Shown: positions 26,341 to 34,821 of the stretch, piece by piece
How positions within the stretch are numbered: the first letter of the stretch is position 1
Layout of the letters: each line of letters begins with the position of its first letter
Source of the DNA: Luminiphilus sp.
Lineage (GTDB): Bacteria; Pseudomonadota; Gammaproteobacteria; Pseudomonadales; Halieaceae
Reading direction: 5' to 3'
DNA: 64,000 bases
Assembly: GCA_965655505.1 (NCBI GenBank)
Contig: CBFHHJ010000001.1
Span: 2,134 to 66,133 of the forward strand
Notes under the pieces: generated by a model
What the model saw: the letters and a program-made list of their open reading frames with translations, nothing else
What the model was told of the DNA's origin: nothing
Database searches by the model: none
Position numbers and translations under genes: made by a program

Positions 26341-26371
26341 CTCGCCATGCCTTTGTAAAAAGGTAGGCGAG
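26341..26371 (+). promoter_or_regulatory. GNRA-capped hairpin in the coxB 5' leader
   Basis: CTCGCC-a-TGCCTTT-GTAA-AAAGGTA-GGCGAG; TATAAT at 26222-26227 upstream. Confidence 0.45.
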
Positions 26372-26426
26372 GCAACGTACATCTACAAGGTCCATGGCCC
26401 CCGCGCACTGCTCTAGAGAGGCGGAG

Positions 26427-27569
26427 ATGTCATACAAAAAAGCAAGCAACGTTCTTACAGCTGCCCTGGCGGCGACACTGTCGATGCTAGTGCCGGCGGC
26501 TGCGTTCGCGCAGGGCAACCAAGTGAATATGCCCAAGGGCGTCACTGAGGTAGGCGCTGAGATCTATGATCTTCACATGCTGATCATGTGGATCTGCGTA
26601 GTCATCGGTGTTCTGGTGTTCGCGGTGATGTTTTACTCAATCATCTACCACCGAAAATCACGTGGCGTCACACCGGCTCAGTTTCACGAGAGCACCAAAG
26701 TCGAGATTGCCTGGACGGTTGTCCCCTTCCTTATTCTGATTGGCATGGCGGTACCTGCGACTTCGACGCTGCTTGAGGTTTACAACACCGACGACGCGGA
26801 AATCGACATTTTGATTACCGGTTACCAGTGGAAGTGGAAGTACGAGTACCTCGATGAAGCGGGCGACAACGTATCGTTTTTCTCAAACTTGGCAACCTCC
26901 CAAGAAGAAATCTACAACACGGCTACCAAAGAGGCCGATTATCTGCTGAATGTGGATGAGCCTCTGGTTCTTCCGGTCGATACCAAAGTCCGCTTCCTCA
27001 TGACCGCTAACGACGTCATTCACTCTTGGTGGGTGCCTGAGCTTGCTGTGAAGAAAGATGCTATTCCAGGCTTCATTAATGAAGCCTGGACCAAAGTGCC
27101 AACCGAGGGAATTTACCGTGGTCAGTGCACAGAGCTATGCGGCGCTTACCATGGGTTTATGCCGATCGAAGTCCACGTCGTGAGCCGTGAAGAGTACGAC
27201 GCATGGATGTCGGCTAAGCGCGCTGATAAGGCCGCTCAAACCGCAATGCTGTCCCAAGAGCTTAGCCTTGATGACCTGATGGCTAAAGGCGAGACGGTTT
27301 ACAACGGACAGTGCATGGCTTGCCACGGCGCCAACGGCGAAGGCGGTGTTGGTAAAGCGATTGCAGGGAGCGCGGTTGCTGTCGGCGACATCAACAAGCA
27401 TTTGGAAGTGGGCATCAAGGGCGTTGCGGGAACGGCAATGCAGGCTTTTGGTGGTCAGCTGAGCGACGTCGATATGGCGGCGGTCATTACCTATCAACGC
27501 AACGCGTTTGGTAACAACACCGGGGACGTAGTTCAGCCCTCGGATGTCGTTAGCTACAAGCAAGGTTAA
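26427..27569 (+). CDS. coxB: Cytochrome c oxidase subunit II with C-terminal cytochrome c domain
   Basis: CuA motif HSWWVP...CTELCGAYHGFM; C-terminal CMACH heme c motif; ATG 26427 after a GAGG/GGAG-rich SD. Confidence 0.96.
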   Translation: MSYKKASNVLTAALAATLSMLVPAAAFAQGNQVNMPKGVTEVGAEIYDLHMLIMWICVVIGVLVFAVMFYSIIYHRKSRGVTPAQFHESTKVEIAWTVVPFLILIGMAVPATSTLLEVYNTDDAEIDILITGYQWKWKYEYLDEAGDNVSFFSNLATSQEEIYNTATKEADYLLNVDEPLVLPVDTKVRFLMTANDVIHSWWVPELAVKKDAIPGFINEAWTKVPTEGIYRGQCTELCGAYHGFMPIEVHVVSREEYDAWMSAKRADKAAQTAMLSQELSLDDLMAKGETVYNGQCMACHGANGEGGVGKAIAGSAVAVGDINKHLEVGIKGVAGTAMQAFGGQLSDVDMAAVITYQRNAFGNNTGDVVQPSDVVSYKQG

Positions 27570-27584
27570 TTGGGAGATATAACG

Positions 27585-29165
27585 ATGGGCGATCATCACC
27601 ACGGTCCAGCCAAGGGCATTTCCCGTTGGCTGTTTACAACCAACCACAAAGATATTGGAACCATGTACCTGTGGTTCTCATTTGCCATGTTCCTGTTGGG
27701 CGGCACCTTCGCCATGATCATTCGTGCTGAGCTGTTCCAGCCCGGTATGCAACTGGTCGAGCCAGGCTTCTTCAACCAGATGACAACCTTGCACGGTTTG
27801 GTCATGGTATTCGGCGCGATCATGCCGTCATTTGTTGGTTTGGCCAACTGGATGATCCCGATGATGATCGGTGCGCCAGACATGGCACTGCCGCGCATGA
27901 ATAACTGGAGTTTCTGGATTCTGCCTCCAGGGTTTTTGATGCTGGCATCAACTCTGTTCATGGAGGGCGGAGCTCCAGCCTTCGGTTGGACATTCTACGC
28001 ACCGCTGTCTACTACTTACGCTGCGCCGTCGGTCACCTTCTTCATCTTTGCCATCCACATTTTGGGTGTGTCATCGATCATGGGCTCGATCAACATCATC
28101 GCCACCGTTATGAACATGCGTGCACCGGGCATGACCTACATGAAGATGCCGCTGTTCGTATGGACCTGGTTAATCACGGCGTTCTTGCTCGTTGCTGTTA
28201 TGCCAGTGCTTGCGGGAGCGGTGACCATGATGTTGATGGATATTCACTTCGGCACCAGCTTCTTCTCTGCGGCAGGCGGTGGTGATCCGGTCCTGTTCCA
28301 GCACGTCTTCTGGTTCTTCGGGCACCCCGAGGTGTACATCATCATCTTGCCCGCTTTTGGCGTGGTCTCTCAGATCATTCCCGCGTTTTCCCGCAAGCCC
28401 CTATTTGGCTACGCGTCTATGGTTTACGCGACTGCGGCAATTGCTTTCCTATCGTTCATCGTTTGGGCGCACCACATGTACACTGTGGGTATGCCTGTCG
28501 CCGGTGAGCTGTTCTTCATGTATGCCACGATGTTGATCGCTGTGCCTACCGGCGTGAAAGTGTTCAACTGGATCAGCACCATGTGGCGCGGCGCTTTGAG
28601 TTTTGAAACCCCGATGTTGTTTTCGATCGGTTTCTTGGTGCTCTTCACCATCGGCGGCTTTACGGGTCTGATGCTCTCCATTGCGCCTGCGGACTTCCAG
28701 TACCACGATACTTACTTTGTGGTCGCTCACTTCCACTACGTCATGGTTGCGGGAGCGGTGTTCTCGATGACTGCTGGCGTGTACTACTGGCTGCCCAAGT
28801 GGACCGGCCGCATGTACAACGAGAACATGGGTAAGATCCATTTCTGGGTATCGTTTATCGGCTTTAACATCACGTTCTTCCCGCAGCACTTTGTGGGCCT
28901 CGCGGGCATGCCTCGCCGGATCCCCGACTACGCGCTGCAGTTTGCCGACTTCAACATGATGTCCTCAATTGGCGCATTCATTTACGGTGCATCGCAGATT
29001 CTGTTCCTCTACAACGTCATTGCGACCATTGTCTCTGGCAAGAAAACCAGCGACGAGAAGGTTTGGGACGGAGCTGAAGGCCTTGAGTGGACTGTTGCTA
29101 CTCCTGCGCCTTATCACACCTTTGAAGTGCCGCCGAAGCTTGATCCGGCCCATGCACATTCTTGA
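27585..29165 (+). CDS. coxA: Cytochrome c oxidase subunit I (A1 type)
   Basis: TTNHKDIG, FGHPEVY, WAHH, VAHFH, MPRR. Confidence 0.98.
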   Translation: MGDHHHGPAKGISRWLFTTNHKDIGTMYLWFSFAMFLLGGTFAMIIRAELFQPGMQLVEPGFFNQMTTLHGLVMVFGAIMPSFVGLANWMIPMMIGAPDMALPRMNNWSFWILPPGFLMLASTLFMEGGAPAFGWTFYAPLSTTYAAPSVTFFIFAIHILGVSSIMGSINIIATVMNMRAPGMTYMKMPLFVWTWLITAFLLVAVMPVLAGAVTMMLMDIHFGTSFFSAAGGGDPVLFQHVFWFFGHPEVYIIILPAFGVVSQIIPAFSRKPLFGYASMVYATAAIAFLSFIVWAHHMYTVGMPVAGELFFMYATMLIAVPTGVKVFNWISTMWRGALSFETPMLFSIGFLVLFTIGGFTGLMLSIAPADFQYHDTYFVVAHFHYVMVAGAVFSMTAGVYYWLPKWTGRMYNENMGKIHFWVSFIGFNITFFPQHFVGLAGMPRRIPDYALQFADFNMMSSIGAFIYGASQILFLYNVIATIVSGKKTSDEKVWDGAEGLEWTVATPAPYHTFEVPPKLDPAHAHS

Positions 29166-29179
29166 GTGTTAGCTGAGTA

Positions 29180-29740
29180 ATGTTCCGACTGAGCGCTAAT
29201 CCTGCCATCGATACCGTCATCAAATTGGTGGCGGTATCCGTGGCGATGTTCGCTTTTGTGTTTGTGGTGATGGTGCCCCTCTATAACGTTCTATGCGACG
29301 TTCTAGGAATCAACGGGAAAACCAGTGGTGAGGCATACACATCAGTTAGTGCTCAGGTCGACGAAAGTCGCCAAATTACGGTTCAGTTTGTGGCGAGTAA
29401 TAACGAAGACATGCCTTGGGGGTTTCGGCCCAGTGTTACTATGATGACGGTGCACCCGGGTGCGGCAAATGACACGATTTTCTTTGCTGAGAATGTGACA
29501 CCCAATCCCATGGTGGCTCAGGCGATTCCGAGCATCTCGCCCTCTCGTGCAGCGGAGTACTTCCACAAAACCGAGTGTTTTTGCTTTAACCAGCAACCGC
29601 TCGATGGCAATAGCGATGCTGAAATGCCACTGCAATTTATTGTGGATCAGGATCTACCGCGGGATATTAAAACAATTACGCTGTCATATACGTTGTTTGA
29701 TGTGACAGACATGGTGGGTGACAAGGTCGCCACACGCTGA
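29180..29740 (+). CDS. ctaG: Cytochrome c oxidase assembly protein CtaG/Cox11
   Basis: PLY...C...G.NG, KTECFCF, TITLSYTLF. Confidence 0.94.
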   Translation: MFRLSANPAIDTVIKLVAVSVAMFAFVFVVMVPLYNVLCDVLGINGKTSGEAYTSVSAQVDESRQITVQFVASNNEDMPWGFRPSVTMMTVHPGAANDTIFFAENVTPNPMVAQAIPSISPSRAAEYFHKTECFCFNQQPLDGNSDAEMPLQFIVDQDLPRDIKTITLSYTLFDVTDMVGDKVATR

Positions 29741-29785
29741 TTCCGGGGCACTTGGGGGCCCGGAAAACGATAACGGAGAAAACAA

Positions 29786-30766
29786 ATGGCTTCCAGTCAG
29801 ACCGCTCCAGCGGGTTATGAAAAGTACTATGTTCCCGACAGTTCCAGCCTGGCCATCCGGGCAACAATCGGTCTGGTAACAACGGTTTTCGGGGGTGGTT
29901 TGCTCCTGAACGATATGACCTTTGGCGATCCCGACGCGGGCTCCAACGCCAAGTGGATCTTGATAGTCGGTCTGGTGATTTTTGTCGCCACCCTCGCGAG
30001 TTGGTTCCGTACGACAATCCGAGAAAACCTTCAGGGCATGGCAAGCGGCCAGCTGAAGCACAGCTACGTGCTGGGCATGTTTTGGTTTATTTTCTCCGAA
30101 GTCATGTTCTTTTTCGCCTTCTTCGGGGTGCTGTTCTACGTACGTACCCTCGCCGGACCCTGGTTAGCCGGCGAAGGTGAGGGCGGACGCATGAACGGCA
30201 TATTGTGGCCCGGTTTTGAATACGCTTGGCCTCCTGTGACCACCCCACAGGAAGCTGTAGGTGGTACCGACGCACAGTTGATTGCTAATAATGGTGAGTT
30301 CACCACCAGCGAACGCAGCATGGCATTTGCTGATGCGCATCATTGGTATCAATGGTTGCCCATGTGGAACACCATCGTTCTACTGTCCTCAAGCTTCACA
30401 GTGCATATCGCTCATACTGCACTGCTGGCGGGAAATCTTAAGAAGTTCAATGTGTGGCTTGGCGTCACCGTTGCTCTGGGCGTCCTGTTCCTGTTCCTTC
30501 AGGCAGCAGAGTACTACGAGGCGTACGCGCAGTTCGGCTTGACGCTCAACTCGGGTATTTATGGTTCAACCTTCTTCATGTTGACGGGCTTCCACGGATT
30601 CCACGTTGCCATGGGTATGACCATGCTTGCGATTCAGCTGATTCGATCGGTGAAAAACAAGCACTTTACTGCGTCTGATCACTTTGGGTTTGAGGCATCG
30701 AGCTGGTATTGGCACTTTGTTGATGTCGTATGGGTGTTCTTGTTCCTGTTTGTTTACATCCTTTAA
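29786..30766 (+). CDS. coxC: Cytochrome c oxidase subunit III
   Basis: WFIFSEVMFF, LTGFHGFHV, WYWHFVDVVW. Confidence 0.97.
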   Translation: MASSQTAPAGYEKYYVPDSSSLAIRATIGLVTTVFGGGLLLNDMTFGDPDAGSNAKWILIVGLVIFVATLASWFRTTIRENLQGMASGQLKHSYVLGMFWFIFSEVMFFFAFFGVLFYVRTLAGPWLAGEGEGGRMNGILWPGFEYAWPPVTTPQEAVGGTDAQLIANNGEFTTSERSMAFADAHHWYQWLPMWNTIVLLSSSFTVHIAHTALLAGNLKKFNVWLGVTVALGVLFLFLQAAEYYEAYAQFGLTLNSGIYGSTFFMLTGFHGFHVAMGMTMLAIQLIRSVKNKHFTASDHFGFEASSWYWHFVDVVWVFLFLFVYIL

Positions 30767-30785
30767 GTTTTAGAGAGCTTAAATG

Positions 30786-30811
30786 AGGGGCGCTTCGGCG
30801 CCCCTTTTTTT
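30786..30811 (+). terminator. Intrinsic terminator of coxBA-ctaG-coxC
   Basis: AGGGGCGC-TTCG-GCGCCCCT stem with cUUCGg loop followed by a T run. Confidence 0.92.
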
Positions 30812-30831
30812 GAGGCTGAGACCTTTCTCTT

Positions 30832-31386
30832 ATGAAGCCTGTGCTGCCGGTTTACCAAGACGTCCTTGATTTTTGGTTTGAGGAGCTCGAGCAAAAACAA
30901 TGGTTCGCCAAGGACGTCGCGCTTGATCAGATCATTGCCGACCGTTTCGGCGTGGTGCATGAGCATGCAGCCCGGTGTGAGCTTTGGTCCTGGCGCAGCA
31001 GTCCGGAGGGTCGTTTGGCGGAGATCCTGGTATTGGACCAGTTCTCGCGCAACATTTATCGCGATCAGCCGGCGGCGTTTGCGCAAGACGGTTTGGCGCT
31101 TGCACTGGCTCAAGAGGCGGTGGCTGCGGGCTGTGAACGCGCGCTAAACAACCAACAGCGACCTTTTCTATTGATGCCTTATATGCACTCAGAGTCCCTG
31201 TCGGTTCACCTGTCGGCCGCTGCGCTCTTCAATCAGCCGGGGTTGGAAAACAGCTACCGCTTTGAGCTGCGACACCGTGAAATTATTGAGCGCTTTGGGC
31301 GTTACCCTCATCGCAATGACACCTTGGGTCGGGCATCGACTCCGGCGGAACTAGCGTTTCTCAGTCAGCCCGGCTCAAGTTTTTAG
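30832..31386 (+). CDS. DUF924 family protein
   Basis: VLDFWF, LDQFSRNIYR, MPYMHSE, FGRYPHRN..LGR.ST. Confidence 0.9.
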   Translation: MKPVLPVYQDVLDFWFEELEQKQWFAKDVALDQIIADRFGVVHEHAARCELWSWRSSPEGRLAEILVLDQFSRNIYRDQPAAFAQDGLALALAQEAVAAGCERALNNQQRPFLLMPYMHSESLSVHLSAAALFNQPGLENSYRFELRHREIIERFGRYPHRNDTLGRASTPAELAFLSQPGSSF

Positions 31387-31437
31387 TTAATGGTAGCCGG
31401 TCGCGAGCAGAACGGTTTATAGAAAGGTGTGGTCACT

Positions 31438-31493
31438 GACTGATGGGTTTATAAACAGACTGACGGGCTGATAAACAGGTGGGCTTATCAATG
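31438..31493. repeat. 20-bp tandem duplication between convergent genes
   Basis: GACTGATGGGTTTATAAACA / GACTGACGGGCTGATAAACA (17/20) plus a partial third copy. Confidence 0.7.
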
Positions 31494-31507
31494 ACCGGCT
31501 GAGCGGA

Positions 31508-31762
31508 CTAGTCTTCTGGCAGAGAATCCTGCTGATTTTCGATGGTGCCGGCGTCCCAGGGATTACGGTTTCCAAGCTGACCTGTGGCAACGCCGTAGAT
31601 AATGACAATTACCAATCCCGATGCCAGTGCTAGCCGTACTCCAAGGGACGTAACAAGACCACGCTTCTCGGCATTACCTTGATCGGTCATCAGGAAGTAG
31701 AAACCGCTACCGAGGCTGGCGATTAGAGCCACCATGAAAAAGACAATCAGAATTTTTAGCAA
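31508..31762 (-). CDS. Twin-TM small protein (DUF2909/HIG1-like), cox-associated
   Basis: Two TM helices, SLGSGFYFL...SLGVRLAL; typical position antisense to SURF1 in cox clusters. Confidence 0.82.
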   Translation of the reverse strand: MLKILIVFFMVALIASLGSGFYFLMTDQGNAEKRGLVTSLGVRLALASGLVIVIIYGVATGQLGNRNPWDAGTIENQQDSLPED

Positions 31763-31795
31763 AGCCGTTTCCTTGGGAAGCGTGCGCGAGGGGTG

Positions 31796-32590
31796 ATGAG
31801 AGAGTTTAACGCGAAGTTGGGTCGACTGGAGTTAACGCTTGAATGGCGTTTGACACTCTTTACCGTTCTATTGCTGCCATTTCTGGTGTCACTGGGGTTT
31901 TGGCAGCTCGATCGAGCGGGAGAAAAGCGCATTCTTGCGCAGCGCCATTTAGCGCGGCAAGCATTACCGGCGATGGATCTCGAGGCGCTGGAAGCGGCCT
32001 TGGGCGATCAGGACGCTACCAACAGCTCTCTGGCTGACCGCCAAATCGCGTTTTGGGGCTCTTTTATCGACGACCACTACATATTGCTCGATAATCGCCT
32101 GCGGGAGGGCCGATTTGGCTACGAGTTGATTGCCTTGGTCGATGCGGGCAGCAAACGTTTGCCGGTCAATCTTGGCTGGGTTCAAGGGGACCCTGCGCGT
32201 CGCTCATTACCCGAGATAACCTTGCCCAGCACCCCCCAATTGATATCGGGCCGTGTGTACCTTCCCTTGGGAGACGCCTATCTTCTTGCAGATCAAGCGC
32301 CCCTCGAGGCATTGCCAGCGGTAATTCAGGCATTTGAGGGTTCCGAGATGGCCGCGGCATTATCCAAGATGCTTCAGCAAGAGGTATTACCGCTCCAAGT
32401 GCGAATCGACCAAGAACACCCATTGGCGCAACGCGCAGATTGGCCTGTTGTTAATCAAAGCCCCGAGAAGCACACCGGTTATGCAGTGCAATGGTTTACC
32501 ATGGCAGCCGTGTTGTTCATCGCATTTGTTCTGCGATCATCAAATATCCTATCCCTGATCCGCAAGCGCCCCTCGCCGGGGCAAGACTGA
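31796..32590 (+). CDS. SURF1 family cytochrome oxidase biogenesis protein
   Basis: LGFWQLDRA.EK, VNLGWV, KHTGYAVQWF. Confidence 0.92.
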   Translation: MREFNAKLGRLELTLEWRLTLFTVLLLPFLVSLGFWQLDRAGEKRILAQRHLARQALPAMDLEALEAALGDQDATNSSLADRQIAFWGSFIDDHYILLDNRLREGRFGYELIALVDAGSKRLPVNLGWVQGDPARRSLPEITLPSTPQLISGRVYLPLGDAYLLADQAPLEALPAVIQAFEGSEMAAALSKMLQQEVLPLQVRIDQEHPLAQRADWPVVNQSPEKHTGYAVQWFTMAAVLFIAFVLRSSNILSLIRKRPSPGQD

Positions 32591-32599
32591 GAGGAATCC

Positions 32600-33277
32600 A
32601 TGTCGCCGAGCGCAAAAACCGACGGCCAAAACCGAATGACCCTGTTGCTGATCGCGGGTATTCCCCTCACGATGGTATTGGCAGCTTCTTGGCTTTGGTA
32701 TTTCGTGGTTGAAGGGAATCTCGATTTGGTGAGTGCCCTGGGCACCTCCAATAACGGCACCCTGACGAGTCCCCCGCGTCAGATCGTCGAGACGCCGTTT
32801 CGCGATGATGTGGGGGCTTCATTCGCGTGGTCGGATCTTGACCCTCGCTGGACAATGGTGGTCGTCAACCCGGGTGCCCTATGCGACGAGGCCTGTGAGC
32901 GGCGGTTGTACACCACCCGTCAAATTCACATAGCGCTTGGAAAAGAATTTAATCGCCTACGTCGGGTATATATCACCGACGTGCCGATCAAGGATGCTCA
33001 GCTTTTGGTTCCCGATGAGAAGCCTTTGGGCTGGCCAGCGGGACTTTTGGGGAGCGCACTGAGTGCCTACATTGCTCAGGCACACCAAGGCTTGGTGGCG
33101 CTAGAAGCGGGTCCTTCCGACGTGTCGACGCTTTTTCCTGAGTTGAGCGACGCTCCCGCACAATGGTATCTCGTTGATCCGGCCGGGTGGGTCATGATGC
33201 GGTTTTCCGATGATTTGGAGTACAAAGCGGTCATTTCCGACCTAAAGTTCCTGCTGAAAAATTCGGGAGGAAACTGA
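32600..33277 (+). CDS. Conserved cox-cluster membrane-anchored thioredoxin-like protein
   Basis: N-terminal TM, C-D-E-A-C motif, YLVDPAGWVMMRF..DLKFLLK; usual gene after SURF1. Confidence 0.75.
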   Translation: MSPSAKTDGQNRMTLLLIAGIPLTMVLAASWLWYFVVEGNLDLVSALGTSNNGTLTSPPRQIVETPFRDDVGASFAWSDLDPRWTMVVVNPGALCDEACERRLYTTRQIHIALGKEFNRLRRVYITDVPIKDAQLLVPDEKPLGWPAGLLGSALSAYIAQAHQGLVALEAGPSDVSTLFPELSDAPAQWYLVDPAGWVMMRFSDDLEYKAVISDLKFLLKNSGGN

Positions 33278-34170
33278 TGTCAACGGCCACCGCAGAGAGC
33301 GCCACGTGGCAGGATTATCTCGAGCTGACTAAACCGCGGGTTGTCGCGCTCATGATCCTGACCGCCATTATCGGGATGTGTATGGCGGTGCCGGGTTTTG
33401 TACCTTGGCAACCTCTGGTGCTCGGAAATCTAGGCATTGCGCTATGCGCCGGATCGGCGGCGGCGATTAATCATGTGATTGACGAGCGCATCGATCAACA
33501 AATGAGCCGCACGAAGAGTCGACCCGTTGCGACCGGTAAGGTCACCCAGTCTCAAGCGATCACATTTGCCGCCCTGCTGGCACTTGCAGGCATTGTGGTA
33601 CTGGTTCTATGGGTAAATACCCTCACGGCAGTGCTCACAGTCGCTAGCCTCATTGGCTATGCGTTTATCTATACGATGTTTCTTAAGCGCGCTACGCCGC
33701 AAAATATTGTCATTGGTGGCCTAGCGGGCGCTGCCCCGCCTCTGCTGGGCTGGGTGGCGGTGACGGGTGAAATTCACGGTCATGCCTTGCTATTGGTGTT
33801 GATCATTTTCGCTTGGACACCACCGCACTTTTGGGCTCTCGCCATTCATCGTCGAGAGGAGTATGCGGCGGTAGGCATTCCTATGCTGCCGGTGACTCAC
33901 GGCGTGAAGTTTACGGCGCTGCATATTCTGCTTTACACCATCATCATGTTTTTGATTACGCTTATGCCGTTTGCAACGGGGCTGAGCAACTGGCTTTACC
34001 TTGCGGCTGCCGTGGTGTTGGGGCTGGTATTTTTGTATTGGTCTATCGAAATTATCCGCGGAAAAAATGACAAGGCACCGATGGAGACCTTCAAATATTC
34101 GATCACCTATTTGCTCGTGCTATTTGTCGCAATGTTGCTTGATCATTGGCTGATTGGAGGTGTGTTTTGA
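33277..34170 (+). CDS. cyoE: Protoheme IX farnesyltransferase (heme O synthase)
   Basis: ELTKPRV, D..IDQQMSRT..RP, LKRATPQNIVIGG, WTPPHFWAL. Confidence 0.96.
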   Translation: MSTATAESATWQDYLELTKPRVVALMILTAIIGMCMAVPGFVPWQPLVLGNLGIALCAGSAAAINHVIDERIDQQMSRTKSRPVATGKVTQSQAITFAALLALAGIVVLVLWVNTLTAVLTVASLIGYAFIYTMFLKRATPQNIVIGGLAGAAPPLLGWVAVTGEIHGHALLLVLIIFAWTPPHFWALAIHRREEYAAVGIPMLPVTHGVKFTALHILLYTIIMFLITLMPFATGLSNWLYLAAAVVLGLVFLYWSIEIIRGKNDKAPMETFKYSITYLLVLFVAMLLDHWLIGGVF

Positions 34171-34817
34171 GCACGCAGAACAAGCGCGGCATCTGGCTGA
34201 CCGTCGGTTTCATCGTGGCGTTCATGGCAATAGTTGTGGGCAGCTTTATCAACCGTGTCCAGCAGCCTCGGATCATGGCGGAAACCGAGATGCAGGCAAA
34301 CGGGTTGTTTTTGTTTGAAACGCCGCGGGATCCCGGCAGTTTTGCGTTGGTTAGCCATCGCGATGAACCGTTTACCGAGAAGGATCTCGAAGGACACTGG
34401 ACGCTGATATTTTTCGGCTTTACGCACTGCCCCGATATTTGTCCAACGACCCTGTCGTTTCTTGCTGAGCTGCATGGACAATTAGAGGGCACCGAAGCCG
34501 CAGATACCAAAGTCGTCATGGTGACGGTGGATCCGGCTCGTGACACCCCCGAAACGCTGGCGAGTTACGTTCCCTATTTCCATCCGGAATTTACCGGGGT
34601 AACCGGCGAGTTTCTGGACATCATGAAATTTGCGCGCACGTTTAACGCTCCCTTTAGAAAGGTCACCGCCGAAGACGGCAGTTACCAAGTGGATCACAGC
34701 GCTAACGTGGTGCTGGTTAATCCGCGCGGTGACTACCACGGCTTTTTTAGGGCGCCACTGGATCTGGCTAAGGTCAAGGTAACCTATCGTTCCGCTCGCT
34801 ATCTCTGGGATCATTAA
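34167..34817 (+). CDS. SCO1/SenC copper chaperone
   Basis: FGFTHCPDICP, VDPARD, VDHS; TTG 34167 after GGAGG, overlapping the cyoE stop. Confidence 0.93.
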   Translation: MSTQNKRGIWLTVGFIVAFMAIVVGSFINRVQQPRIMAETEMQANGLFLFETPRDPGSFALVSHRDEPFTEKDLEGHWTLIFFGFTHCPDICPTTLSFLAELHGQLEGTEAADTKVVMVTVDPARDTPETLASYVPYFHPEFTGVTGEFLDIMKFARTFNAPFRKVTAEDGSYQVDHSANVVLVNPRGDYHGFFRAPLDLAKVKVTYRSARYLWDH

Positions 34818-34821
34818 TGTC

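Noticed and set aside
25843-26545. Small minus-strand ORFs (73, 66, 122 aa) upstream of coxB
   Set aside because: No recognisable domains, atypical composition, and one overlaps the coxB start; more likely a regulatory region.
29741-29765. TTCCGGG...CCCGGAA hairpin between ctaG and coxC
   Set aside because: No U-tract, intra-operonic; at most an mRNA stability element.
31438-31493. Possible mini-CRISPR at the 20-bp repeats (also 44768-44807)
   Set aside because: The copies are directly adjacent with no spacers, and no cas genes are present.
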